Assembly (NCBI RefSeq): GCF_006345805.1 | Contig: NC_043005.1 | Location: 2,976,001-3,040,000 of the forward strand | From: Octopus sinensis | Taxonomy: Eukaryota | DNA length: 64,000 bases | Direction of reading: 5' to 3' | Shown here: one piece after another, positions 37,128-48,900 of the stretch | How positions within the stretch are numbered: position 1 is the first letter of the stretch | Layout: every line of letters starts with the position of its first letter | Notes under the pieces: model-generated | What the model was told of the DNA's origin: nothing | Database searches by the model: none | The model's input: only the letters and a program-made list of their open reading frames with translations | Translations under genes and position numbers: made by a program

Positions 37128-37155
<28 letters not shown>

Positions 37156-37272
37156 GGCCATATCACTTTGAAAACACCAGTTCTCGTCCGATCACTGAAG
37201 TTAAGCAAAGTCAAGCCTAGTTAGTACTTAGATGGGTGACCGCTTGGGAAACCTAGGTGCTGTAAATGTCTT
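37156..37272 (+). pseudogene. 5S rRNA-derived sequence (lacks the first ~6 nt)
   Basis: GGCCATATCAC...GTTCTCGTCCGATCAC.GAAGTTAAGCA...TTAGTACTT.GATGGGTGACCGC.TGGGAA...GGTGCTGTA follows the invertebrate 5S layout, with box A and box C recognisable. Several differences look like CpG decay. Confidence 0.92.
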
Positions 37273-37277
37273 TCTAT

Positions 37278-37439
37278 CTACACTCATGGAGTGGTTGGCG
37301 TTAGGAAGGGCATCCAGCTGTAGAAACACTGCCAGATCAAAACTGGAGCCTGGTGCAGCCTCCTGGCTTCCCAGACCCCAGTTGAACCGTCCAACCCATG
37401 CTAGCATGGAAAACGGATGTTAAAACGATGATGATGATT
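37278..37439 (+). mobile_element. RTE 3'-end tail fused directly to the 5S head
   Basis: CTACACTCATGGAGTGGTTGGCGTTAGG ... GGATGTTAAAACGATGATGATGAT. Confidence 0.92.
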
Positions 37440-37521
37440 ATTATTATTATTATTACTACTACTACTATAGCTAGAACACATACACTATATTATTATAGCT
37501 AAAGCATTGTTGTTCCTTAAT

Positions 37522-37569
<48 letters not shown>

Positions 37570-38059
37570 CTAGGTAGGCTGTTATTTTAAATCACATTGA
37601 TAATAAACATCTGGCAGGAAGACAGCAGGACACACAGACAGACAAGGCAATTATGGATTGTCTTGTAGCTTTGATATTTATTCTACTCTCTCCGCAGATT
37701 TTTTCAAGTGTGTGCTTTACATGAGGAGTGACATAAATTTGAGTAGACAGATGTTGGTGGTGCTGTCTGTGGCCAGGGAGGGTTGGTGACTATGTTTAAA
37801 GAGGGAGCCACTGTGAGTGACCATTGCAGGAGAGGGTTCTCACCACCATAACATTAAATAAACAAGTTCTTTACATTGAACACAAATGTACCCCCAGTAT
37901 AATGCTGGTACTCACTCATTTTATTGAGAGTAGAAAAATGAAAATATAATGAACTCCAGTGTGACCTGAACTAAAACTGGGAGGTGTAGGACTAAATACT
38001 TCAGACTAAGTGCTTCAGTTGGTGCTTAATTATTCATCTGTCACCAGCTGTCATAATAA

Positions 38060-39130
38060 TAACAATGTTTTCAAATTTTGGCACAAGGCCAGCAATTTCG
38101 GGGATGGGGTAAGTTGATGTAATCAACAGCATTGCTCAACTGGTACTTATTTTATTGGCGGCGAGCTGGCAGAACCGTTAGCACGCCGGGCGAAATGCTT
38201 AGCAGTATTTCGTCTGTGTTACGTTGTGAGTTCAAATTCCGCCGAGATCGACTTTGCCTTTCATCCTTTCGGGGTCAATAAGTTAAGTACCAGTTACGCA
38301 GTGGGGTCGATGTAATCGACTTAATACCTATGTCTGTCCTTGTTTGTCCCCTCTGTGTTTAGCCCCTTGTGGGTAATAAAGAAATAGGTACTTATTTTAT
38401 TGACCCCAAAAGGATGAAAGACAATGTTGACCTCAGTGGAGTTTGAACTCAGAACGTAAAGGCAGATGAAATTCTGCAAAACATTTTGCCCAGTGTGCTA
38501 ACGATCCTGCCAGCTTACACCCTTAATTAATAAATAGAAATTGTTTCAGGCACAAAGCCTCCCAGAAAAGAGCTAAATCAACCCCGAAACTTGACTTGTA
38601 CTTTATTTTATTTTCTACTCTTGGCACAAGGCCCGAAATTTTTTTTGGGGGGGAGGGGGGCCAGTCGATTAGATCAACCTCAGTATGCAACTGGTACTTA
38701 TTTTATCAACCCCAAAAGAATGAAAGGCAAAGTCAACCTCAGCAGAATTTGAACTCAGAACGTAAAGATGGATGAAATGCCGCTAAGCATTTCGCCCGGT
38801 GTGCTAACGATTCTGCCAGCTCGCCTTGCTTGTACTTTATTTTATCAAGTCAAGGCTGAAACGCTCCAGCTGGCCTCGGTAGGATTTGAACTTAGAACAT
38901 GAAGAACCACAAGAAATGCCACAATGCATTTTTTCTTACATCTAATGATTCTGCCAAGTTGCCACCTTATGATTTCAAATTTTGGCACAAGGCCAGCAAT
39001 TTGAGGAGGAGACAAATTGATTACATTAACCCTGAAAGAATTAAGGACAAAGTCAACAACAGTAGGGTTTGAACCAAGAATGAGTCAGAAGAAATGCCAC
39101 AAACAAGTCTGCAAATTTCTAATGCAGGCA
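38060..39130 (-). mobile_element. Stack of family-A SINEs; the first is split by an inverted copy
   Basis: Units at about 38060-38523, 38620-38825, 38860-38970 and 38980-39130. Confidence 0.8.
38157..38386 (+). mobile_element. Family-A SINE (long-tail), young, nested in opposite orientation in an older family-A copy
   Basis: 15-bp TSD GGTACTTATTTTATT at 38142-38156 and 38387-38401; CpGs largely intact. Confidence 0.92.
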
Positions 39131-39312
39131 AAAGACAAAATGTTTGGTGAGGGTTAAAAGCAGATTCGATGAAATCAAACCAGAATTTAACTGGTACTTC
39201 TTTGTCGACCCAAGAAGGACTGTAAAATTGCAAACAGCTCCCAATAAACGACCACTGATACTGGACTGGGTTATTGCAAACACCTTCCCCACCACCAGCA
39301 TTAAGTCTAAAG

Positions 39313-39840
39313 CAGTAGTTCCCAACTAGGGACCAATTTGTTTTATACCATCTCTCTATATATAAACGGCAAAATGTTTGTGTGTGTGTGTCCTTTATAC
39401 AAATCCACAATTTTTCAGTTAGAGGGCTTGCACTTTCTTTGGTCATTCAAAACCGCCCAAGGGTGGTCGTGCACATCTTTACATCTCCCCAGTCACCCCG
39501 CAAAGCCATTAAAAAATCAATAGAAGTGACTTTTTTGTGAATTTTCTATCCAAAACCCAATCAAAATGCCCGGAACTTGATACGCCAATTGAATGCCAGC
39601 TAGCTGTATGTGATTGGTCGGAGATTTGGACAATACTCGCGTGTATGTGTGCATGCACGCAGCTGTATATGCATGCACTAGCACTATGACCCGGTGTAGC
39701 CGGGTCATAGGGCTAGTTCTTAATATTTAATTATAAAAATATAATGGGATATTTTAAACATCAAACGATTATGGGGATCCGTCCAAGCAACATAGGAACT
39801 GAGGGGTTCCATAAGTAGAAAAATGGTTGAGAAATCAAAG
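39313..39840. mobile_element. hAT (Charlie-like) MITE, interrupted by a Helitron
   Basis: CAGTAGTTCCCAAC left end, GGTTGAGAAA degraded right end, and left flank GTCTAAAG fitting an NTCTARAN-type target. Confidence 0.5.
39351..39716 (+). mobile_element. Non-autonomous Helitron
   Basis: A|TC start, perfect 11-bp hairpin CTATGACCCGG-TGTAG-CCGGGTCATAG (39684-39710), CTAG|T end, no TSD. Confidence 0.9.
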
Positions 39841-39974
39841 AAATTGCTCATAAAAGATGTTTTGGATTGGGTAGACATATACAGAAGGGACAGTGCCCAC
39901 AGCAATGCCCCTGGGTAGAGGCTTGGGACTGTAGAAAAATGAAACAAAATATTGGAAGGTATTTAATCATGCCA

Positions 39975-41410
39975 AAGGCATGGGACCATTCAGCTGGCAC
40001 TGGCATCAACCACTCTCGACTGGTGCTTTTTACGTGCCACTGGCAAAGGCGTTATTGTCATTGGCCATGACAATGACTTCACTTGACTCAACAAGTCTTC
40101 ACAAGCACAGTTTATTGCCCAATGATTGAAGAGTAGTCTTAAATGAGCTGGTTATGCTGCACTGTCATAGGCCACAGTTACGATCTCACTTGGCTTGCTG
40201 GGTCTTCTCAAACACAGCATATCTCCAAAGGTTTCGGTTACTTGTCATCACCTCAGTGAGGCCCAATGTTCGAAGGTCATGCTTCACCACCTCTTCCTGG
40301 GTCTACCTCTTCCACAGGTTCCCTCTACTGCTAGAGTTTGACACTACCCTCATCCAAACACAACCCATGACCATACCAGTGCAGTCGTCTCTCTTGCACA
40401 CCACATCTGATGCTTCTTAGGTCCAACTTTACTCTCAAGGCACTTACACTCTTGTCGTGTATGCACACTGACATTACACATCCAGCAGAGTATACTAGCT
40501 TCGTTCTTTGCAAGCTTATGCATGTTCTCAGCAGTCATGGCCCATGTTTCACTGCCATGTAGCATGGTTGTTCGCACACATGCATCATACAGTCTACCTT
40601 TTACTCTGAGCGAGAGGCCCTTTGTCACCAGCAGAGGTAAGAGCTCTCTGAACTTTGCTCAGGCTATTCTTATTCTAGCAGCTACACTTTCAGCGCATCC
40701 TACCCCGCTACTGACTTGGTCACCCAGATAATGGAAGCTATCAACTACTTCTAGTTTTTTCCCCCTGGAATGTGGCAGAAGTTGTTCTCTGCACATTTTC
40801 AGTATTTATTGCTCCTGAGCATCTGCCACATACAAAAACTATCTTCCCAGTTAGCCTTCCTTTGATATTGCTGCACCTCTTATGTGTCTATAGCTTACAC
40901 TGGGTAGGTACATCTTATTGAATTTCTTCCTTCGCCTTTTCTACAGATTGAGCAGGGACATCTACCTGAGGGGATTTGTAGTTTGTCTGCCTTCCTACTT
41001 ATTAAGACTTTGGTTTTTGCTAGGTTGACTCTAAGGCCCTTTGATTCTAATCCTTGCTTCCACACCTGAAACTTCTCCTCTAGTTCTTATAGTGACTAAG
41101 CTATTAGAGCAAGGTCATCTTGTCTTGAATTCCTCTGTTATTGCCTTGAGGACTATGATGAATAAGAGGGGGCTGAGGACTGGTCCTTCATGGACCCCTA
41201 CCCAGAATTCTTCACTGTACTTATTGCCAATCCTCACCTTACTGACAGCATCCCTGTACACGGCTTGTACAGCTCTCACTAACCATTCATCTATCCCTAG
41301 TTTCCACATTGACCACCAGATAAGGGATCAGGGGACCCCGTCAAAGGCTTTCTCCATGTCAACGAAAGCCAGGTACAGAGGTTTATCTTTGGCTAGGGAG
41401 TTCTCCTGCA
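39975..41410 (-). mobile_element. Second, older RTE copy (RT to 3'UTR) with deletions
   Basis: Colinear with 22400-23730; stops and deletions, including loss of part of YADD near 41120. Confidence 0.92.
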
Positions 41411-41630
41411 GAGTCAATGTAGAAGTAGAACTGGAGTGGGAGAGAGAAATAGAACGTATGAGGGGGAGGAAGCAGAAAAGGGTGGGGTGACAGTGTTAGA
41501 GAATTATTAAGAGAGGCCAAGGGGTTGAGAAGATGGTGGATGTCAATAAAAGAGTGAACTGACTGATGGCAGGTAACACAGGAAGGTAAATTGGGAGGGA
41601 CATCGGATATCAATAGATCGAATTCGGTGA
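41410..41630 (-). mobile_element. Degenerate LINE endonuclease-region fragment (related copy at ~46005-46180)
   Basis: Shared GGTAACA.AGGAAGGTAAAT.GGGAGGGACA...GATATCAA.AGATCGAATT; translates DLLIS(D/G)VPP.LPS.VT. Confidence 0.45.
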
Positions 41631-42284
41631 CTCATTAGTCCAGCATTGCAATGGGTGGGGTGGGGGTCATAATCATTCATTTAACGTCTATTTTCCATGC
41701 TACCATGGGTTGGAGGGTTTGACTGGAACCTGGTGCAGCTCACCAACCACTCCAAGAGTATAATGGCTACATTTTACGTGCCATTTACATGGCACTTGCA
41801 ATGGCCACGACTGTAGTTTCACTTGGCTTGACGAGTCTTCTCAAGCACAGCATTTTGCTAAAGGTCTCGGCCATTTGTCATCGCTTCCATGAGGCCCAAC
41901 ATTTGAAGATCACGCTACCAGAAATGGTCAGCGAGAATGGAGTGGAAGACAAACACTAACAAATCAAAGATCTTCAATGACCTTTCATTGCATGTACGGG
42001 ATGGACAAGAATACGTTGAGACAGAGTTTCCTATGGTCAGATGCTCTTCCTGTCATTAACCCTCACCAGCAAGGTAATAATCCCTCAAGCCATCAAGCAG
42101 CCCAAACATGCACTTGTGGAGGACCTCATACAAATGAGACACCTTTTGGGCAAACAAGCATTTTTTTCTTTCTTTAACAATTAGTGTGCAACACATCAAA
42201 AAGCAGAGTCATGCTTTCTTACTGTAAGTATATACAATAATATATACACTGCTGCGTATAAATATGTATATACAAGTATATATC

Positions 42285-42517
42285 TATTTCTTTACTACCC
42301 ACAACAGGCTAAACACAGAGAGGACAAACAAGGACAGACAAAGGGATTAAGTCGATTATATTGACCCCAGTGCATAACTGGTACTTAGTTTATCGACCCC
42401 GAAAGGATGAAAGGCAAAGTCGACCTCAGCAGAATTTGAACTCAGAACATAACGGCAGACGAAATACGGCTATGCATTTCGCCCAGCGTGCTAATGTTTC
42501 TGCCAGCTCACCACCTT
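42285..42517 (-). mobile_element. Family-A SINE (long-tail)
   Basis: 22-bp TSD TATGTATATACAAGTATATATC at 42263-42284 and 42518-42539. Confidence 0.92.
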
Positions 42518-42919
42518 TATGTATATACAAGTATATATCCTCTCATACGTCCAATACACTTACAACATTTGCAGCCTGACATCCACAGGTGAAACAAGAT
42601 ATTACCCTGAATGCAGAGAAGGCAAACTTTCAATGAGAGCCACGTCATCCATATTAATGATTTCTAGAACAGACATATTCCAACAATGGCCAAGGAGTGG
42701 AACCAATAGTCACCTATTTAATATGGCAGGATTTGAACTCAGATCATAAAGATATGCAACTAAATTCCAACCTATTCTAATGGTTCACCTAAATGAATTA
42801 AAATTACCTTTTCATAAAATTTTAGATTTATAAGGTACAGGAAAATGTACAGATTTTAAGGGGACAGGAAGTTATATTTTCATCTTCCTCTAGAACAGTG
42901 ATGAAATGAATAAACAGGA

Positions 42920-43270
42920 TAATTGGCAACACCTGGCACCTGGCGCAGAAAACTGGGTCATAGCTTTAGTCACAAGTACTTTCCCATGTCAGAGTTTTCT
43001 CACGGATATCTTCCAAATAATTTCATGGATGTTAATTGAGTATTGAACCTCCCACACTCAGTTTCACAGGACTTCACCTGCTACAAGAACAGAGGAGATG
43101 CAATGACACAAGAGAGAATCAAGTTGGTGGAAGAGGTTATCAAAGTTACAGGGTCAGGGCACAAGAATTATCCTCAATGAGACACAATTCAGTTTTGTGG
43201 AGACAAGAGGAACTACCAATATCTTCCTCCACATGAGACAACTGCAAGAGGGGCACTTAGCTGACAATAA
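42920..43270 (+). mobile_element. Old RTE reverse-transcriptase fragment
   Basis: TCYKNRGDAM...IKLVEEVIKVT and NETQFSFVETRGTTNIFLHMRQLQE align with the young RTE (NCYKGKGDAL...MQFGFVPGKSTTDVIFLVRQLQE). Confidence 0.7.
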
Positions 43271-44194
43271 CCACAATGCAGCTGTCTCAATGCCTCAAAT
43301 CAAGAGAACTAAGAGGGTACATAACGGTGTTGGGGGTAGAGGGCCCATTGACATAGTTCTCCCAGGGTTGCAGGGCATACAACTTGTCCATGATTTCTTC
43401 ATATTCCTCACATCTCTGACAATGAACTTCACTAAACTTCAGCTGTTGAATAACAACCTGCTGAATGAATTTCATCATCATGACAATATCAGACCACTGA
43501 GAAAGTTTCTTTCTCTAGCTGATGGATCACCTGTCACTGCTAAAAACCTCTACCAGTTTCTCAACCATGAACACAAAGTAGCCATGTTGAAAAAAACAAA
43601 AAAAAAAAAAAACCGAGGCTGGTAGTTTTTACTTAAAAGCATCTGTGACACAAATCACCATTTAACTCCTAAGACATCAAACTTCCATAACATGTGCTAA
43701 TTCTTTTCATTTGTACACCTACCTCTGTGTGTGTGTGTGTACACATACAGAAATAGATCTACTGGACACTTGCTGTTGTTGAATCACTAACCACTGGTGC
43801 CATACTTGCTGTACTTCAAAAACAGTAAACCATTTTACAAAGTCTCAGACAAGAAACTGTTAAGCTGCGCCCTTTCAGGTTTCTCTCATCTGTCCTTCAG
43901 AAGCCCCCACTCAGATCTTAACTCGTAGTATCTGCTAAGAGGAAGACCCTACAGACCCACACTGTCTCACAACTCTTCCTCTACAATAAGAACCTACCTA
44001 TCACCTCAAACAATCTCCACTCTCGCACACTTGTCCCACTCCATTCCTCCCTAAACTCGTCCGTCCCTTGGATCAAACCTGCCCTGCCACAATCAACAGG
44101 GGCCATAGAATATTCTCCAGAGTGACATACTGATTTTAATGGCACAAACATAATCAGCAATGAGAAAACAACCTTTTACATCTTATATACAAGT

Positions 44195-44540
44195 GCAGGC
44201 ATGGCTGTGTGGTAACGAGTCTGCTTCCCAACCGCATGGTTCTGGGTTCAGTCCCACTGCACGGTACCTTGATCAAGTGTTTCTGCTATAGCCTTGTGAG
44301 TGGATCCGGTAGACAGAAACTGAAAGAAGCCCATCATGCATGTGTGTGTGTGTCTCCCACTACCACTTGACAATGGGTGTTGGTGTGTTTATGTCCCTGT
44401 AACTTAGCAGTTCAGCAAAAGAGACCAACAGAATAAGTACCAGGCTTAAAAAATAGAAATATTGGAGTCAACACTAAATTTTTCCATGGTAGTGCCCCAT
44501 CATGGCCAGAGTCTAATGACTGGAACAAATAAAAGATAAC
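44195..44540 (+). mobile_element. SINE family B
   Basis: GCAGGCATGGCTGTGTGG head through GTCTAATGACTGGAACAAAT. Confidence 0.85.
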
Positions 44541-44644
44541 TATCCCACTTGAACCACATGCCATTGAAGCCCTTCATGTTACAAACACTGGACCTCATTT
44601 CCCCTCCCTCATAATCTCACATTCAGAACAAAGCAAAAAAAAAA

Positions 44645-45125
44645 AAGTTCCATAGGAGAAGCTGAACCTTATCCCTAACAATGGGAATAAACCAATCAAT
44701 TATATATTTACTAACTCTGCCCAAATCTGACTTGGTCAGGCAGATTAATCTAATCAAAAAACTTGATAAAAAATCAGACATTTGGTCCTTCAAAAAATAA
44801 TGGGGAGTTTTGGGAACATCTCTTCCCAAGCATTTTTGCTTGCACGCTTCTATTCAGATTTAAGCTCTTTCAAGATCAAGTCGTTATAAAGACTCGGCAG
44901 TGCAAAATAATTATTCCCAGTGTTATCCGATAGGATGGGCAAACCTGGAGAGGATTTCATTGAAGAGATTTTCTTAGACAAGATTTTCTGGAAAGGATTT
45001 GTGTATCTGGAAAACTTTAACCATTTAATCATGTTCATAAGATCGTTTTCAAAGTTCGCAAGAGCTAGGTTGAACGCTGGATTTCAGTAAGTTTTAAGAT
45101 TATAATTGTTTTTCCCATCTGGAAA
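44645..45125 (-). mobile_element. Penelope-like element, RT N-terminal fragment, frameshifted
   Basis: FENDLMNMIKWLKFSRYTNPFQK..SDNTGNNYF and LKDQMSDF..RLICLTKSDLGRVSKYIIDW..LWN match the PLE pattern FEDDL..ADKT.N.Y..LKDHK..RLINP.KS..G..SK..LD..QW.N. Confidence 0.75.
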
Positions 45126-45534
45126 TTCCATACCATTCCTATTATTATATACACACACACACAACACATATAAATATATAAAGTTAATCCAAACAAGAAA
45201 ACACAAAAAAAACAAAAAAAAACAGCAACGCGAGGACATGGAACAAATAAAGTATTATTGGACGCTCAGGAAAGAAGGAGGGTTTAATGTTTCGAGCGGG
45301 GCTCTTCGTCGGAAACATAGGAGAAAGAAAGATCGCGAGAAGGGAAGACAGAGGGAAAAAAATCGGCAGCGGTACTACACACACACAGACATATATATAT
45401 ATTTAGTGGCAAATTTCAGTTTCTCTTCCCTTTGCTCTTATATGCTTGCATAGTACTTGTCTCCAGTGTGTGTGTTCATTGGCAACCACTTCCCATCTCA
45501 GGATGTCCAGATCCATATACACACACACACACAC

Positions 45535-45710
45535 ATGCAGGCATGGCTGTGTGATAAGAAGTTTGCTTCCTGACCACACGATTTCAGGTTTAGTCCGACT
45601 GCATGGTGTGTTTGGTACGTACCTTCTGTAACCTCAAGGCTGGCCAAAGCTTTGTGACTGGATTTGGTGGGCAAAACTGAAAGAAGCCCATCATGTATGT
45701 ATGTATAGGG
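45535..45710 (+). mobile_element. SINE family B, 5' half
   Basis: GCAGGCATGGCTGTGTGATAAGAAG head. Confidence 0.75.
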
Positions 45711-45739
45711 ATATATATGGCCCTGCTTGATCTGTAGAA

Positions 45740-46000
45740 AAGGTGTAGGTGTAGTCAAAGCAAATCCACGCACAACTGTTCGAGAGCTTGCTTCTGAATT
45801 AGATGTAACATGTATGACAATTTCCAACCACTTGAAAGAGATTGGAAAAACAAAAATACTTGAGAAATGGGTGTCGTACGAATTGAACGACAACCAAAAA
45901 AAATGCCATTTTGAAGTGTCGTCTTCCCTTCTTTTACGCAACAAGAATGACCCGTTTCTCGACCAGATTGTGACTTGTGATGTTCTTTATGACAACCAGT
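45740..46000 (+). mobile_element. Mariner transposase fragment
   Basis: VKANPRTTVRELASEL...HLKEIGK..LEKWVSYELNDNQK..FEVSSSLLLRNKNDPFLDQIVTCD (WVPHEL-like motif and first catalytic D). Confidence 0.9.
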
Positions 46001-46439
46001 GAACTGCTTGATGTCAGGTAACAGAGGAAGGTAAATCGGGAGGGACACCAGATATCAAAAGATCGAATTTTGTTACCCATTCTTCTAAATGCACACACAC
46101 ACACAATTTGACAGTGTCAAGACTCGAGGCATAGAGTACAACAAGAATATATTCTTGCAGCCAGTTGAGGAATGGCAGTTTGGGAGTGATGAATGCTAAC
46201 CGCTGACTGTGTGTCATTTCTGAATGTCAAGTGACTTTGGTTGGCAATAAACTGACGCAAGATTCTGGCAGGGAAGTAAAATGGCAGAGAAATAGTTTTG
46301 ACAAACAGGAAAATTAGATTCTCTGATAGCCATGAATGTCAGGTTATTCCTGTGCTATCATTCACTAGGCATACACATACATTTATATATATATATATAC
46401 ACACACACACGTGTGTGTGTGTGTGTATATTCTTTTTAT

Positions 46440-47250
46440 TCTTTCTTTTCGTTTTACTTGCTTCGGTCATTTGATTGTGGTCATGCTGGAGCACCGCCTT
46501 TAGTTGAGAAAATAGCCCCCAGGACTTATTCTTTGGAAGCCTAGTACTTATTCTATTGGTCTCTTTTGCCAAACCACTAAGTTACAGGGATGTAAACACA
46601 CCAGCATCAGTTGTGAAGTGATGGGGGGAGGGACAAACACGGACACACAAACACATACACACACTCATATATATAGGTATATATATATATCTCTCTCTAT
46701 ATAAACGGCAGTTTGTCTGTGCGTTTTCTGTGTGTCTGTTTTCTCGTACCCTCACTCTGACCACGGCTTTCAACCGATTCTGATGAAACTTGACACACAC
46801 ATAGCCCAATGTCATAATTCAAAACTAACACAGCGAAAATTTTGAAAAGTTCCCCCAGTTCTGAAAAAAATCGATAAATTCGACATGGGGTCGAGAATCA
46901 GAAACCCAAACCACAGACCGTCTAGGGGACGCAACTCCACCTTTTTTAACTCTCAAAAAAAAATTTACCATCATTTTTTTTCCATTTTTTTGCTATTTTT
47001 TGGCTATAACTCTCTAAAAATGCTTTATAGTTATTTCCCTTACAAACCTGAGCAACGCCGGGCGATACTGCTAGTATATATATATATATATATACGACAG
47101 GTTTCTTTCAGTTTCCATCTACCAAATCCACTCACAAGACTTTGGTTGGCCTGAGGCTATAGTAGAAGACACTCGCCCAAGGTGCCACGCAGTGGGACTC
47201 AACCCAGAACTATGTGGTTGGTTAGCAAGCTACTTTCCACACACCCACTC
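46440..47250 (-). mobile_element. SINE family B split by a Helitron in its internal (TA)n
   Basis: 3' half at ~46440-46690 and 5' half at ~47075-47250. Confidence 0.85.
46690..47074 (+). mobile_element. Non-autonomous Helitron
   Basis: A|TCTCTCTCTATATAAACGGCA start; GAGCAACGCCGGGC subterminal motif; CTAG|T end. Confidence 0.85.
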
Positions 47251-47258
47251 CTGCACAC

Positions 47259-47292
<34 letters not shown>

Positions 47293-47434
47293 ATATATAT
47301 CATCGTCATCATTATTTAACGTCCGTTTTCCATGGTGGTATGGGTTGGACAGTTTGAGGTCTGGAAAGCCAGTGGCTGCACCAGGCTCCAATCTGATCTG
47401 GCAATGTTTCTACAACTGGATGCCCTTCCTAACA

Positions 47435-47482
<48 letters not shown>

Positions 47483-48368
47483 TTTATATATATATATATA
47501 TATATAGTAGAAGTCAATACCTATCCAAGGGGCAATGGCTTCTTCGATGCAAATGCTACCAATGAAGAATGCATCTATTGCAGACAACTGAAGAATCACA
47601 ACTGTACAAGTTTATGTTACACCTAGCGGCACCTTCACAAGAGGAAAAATACAAAAGTGCCACAAAGAGTCAGAAATGCCTATGATACCATAAACTCTGC
47701 AATAACAACAGATTTTATACACGACACACACACACAGCGTTTATTTCAGTTTCTGTCAAGCAAATGCAATCACAAGGCTTTGGATAGCCTGAGGCTATAT
47801 TAGAAGAGCTATTAATAGAAGAAGCTTGCACAAGGTGCCATATAATGGAACTGAATCCAAAACCCTTTGGGAAGCAAACTTTATACCACTGAGCCACGCC
47901 TGTGTCTAACACCAGACTTAGAAATGGATTCAGCGTCATTTCAAGTCTGTTTCCCATGCCCGCAGTCCAACATTTCATTTAGAAAATATGACCCCATACA
48001 CTTGCTAGCTTCCGGTATATGGAGCTTTTAACTGGTAGCACTTGCATGTGCAAGTTGTTTGCAAGACATCTATATTTAATAACAGTTTGACTCAGCTCAA
48101 TATGACAAATTTTTTGAGGATGTGGGACAGACCGATCTCAGCATATATATAAATATAAAGGAAAGAATAAATAGAGTCAAAAGGAAGAGGGAGTACGACT
48201 CGACAGCTGTTTAATGACCACTACACATGTTTCAATACAACATAGATCCACATATATACAGGCTTTAAAATAAGTAACAGTTTACCTGTATAATAAGGGA
48301 GAGTGAACTCTATTTTATACTCTAATACATTCTTAACAGAATACACCTAAACTGTATATATATATATA

Positions 48369-48598
48369 TCATCATCATCATCATCGTTTAACATCCGCTT
48401 TCCATGCTAGCATGTGTTGGACAGCTTGACTGAGGACTGGTGAGCCAGAAGGCTGCACCAGGCTCAATCTGATCTGGCAAAGTTTCTACAGCTGGATGCC
48501 CTTCCTAATGCCAACCACTCCGAGAGTGTAGTGGGTGCTTTTACATGCCACCGGCATGAGGGCTAGTCAGCCGGCACTTGGTACGACTACACTCGAAT
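48369..48598 (-). mobile_element. RTE 3'-end fragment
   Basis: (ATC)n CGTTTAAC ... GAGAGTGTAGTGGGTGC. Confidence 0.85.
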
Positions 48599-48900
48599 GT
48601 GTGGTCGGGGTGTTGCACTCACGATCTAGTGATCATGGTTTCAATTCCCAGACTGGGTGGTGACATTGTGTTCTGAAGTGAAACACTTCATCTCAAATTG
48701 CACTGCCATCACTTCGACACTTGATGCATGTTACACCGTGCACTTGTTCAAATGTCGATTTGATGGAGGGAGGGAGCTAATGTGAGGCACATGCATTTGA
48801 TCCCTATAAACAAATCATTTGCTCAGGTCGTTCGGCAAAAGCTGAATGCTCATCCCTCATCTTCAACAGCAAACACTGTCATATATATATATATATATAT

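Noticed and set aside
37156-37272. Functional 5S rRNA gene
   Set aside because: The 5' end is missing, several changes look like CpG decay, there is no T4 terminator, and it is a single copy fused to a LINE tail.
43197-43625. 142-aa plus-strand ORF ending in an A-run as a processed pseudogene
   Set aside because: Its start is decayed RTE RT sequence, and the remainder has no recognisable host-protein motif.
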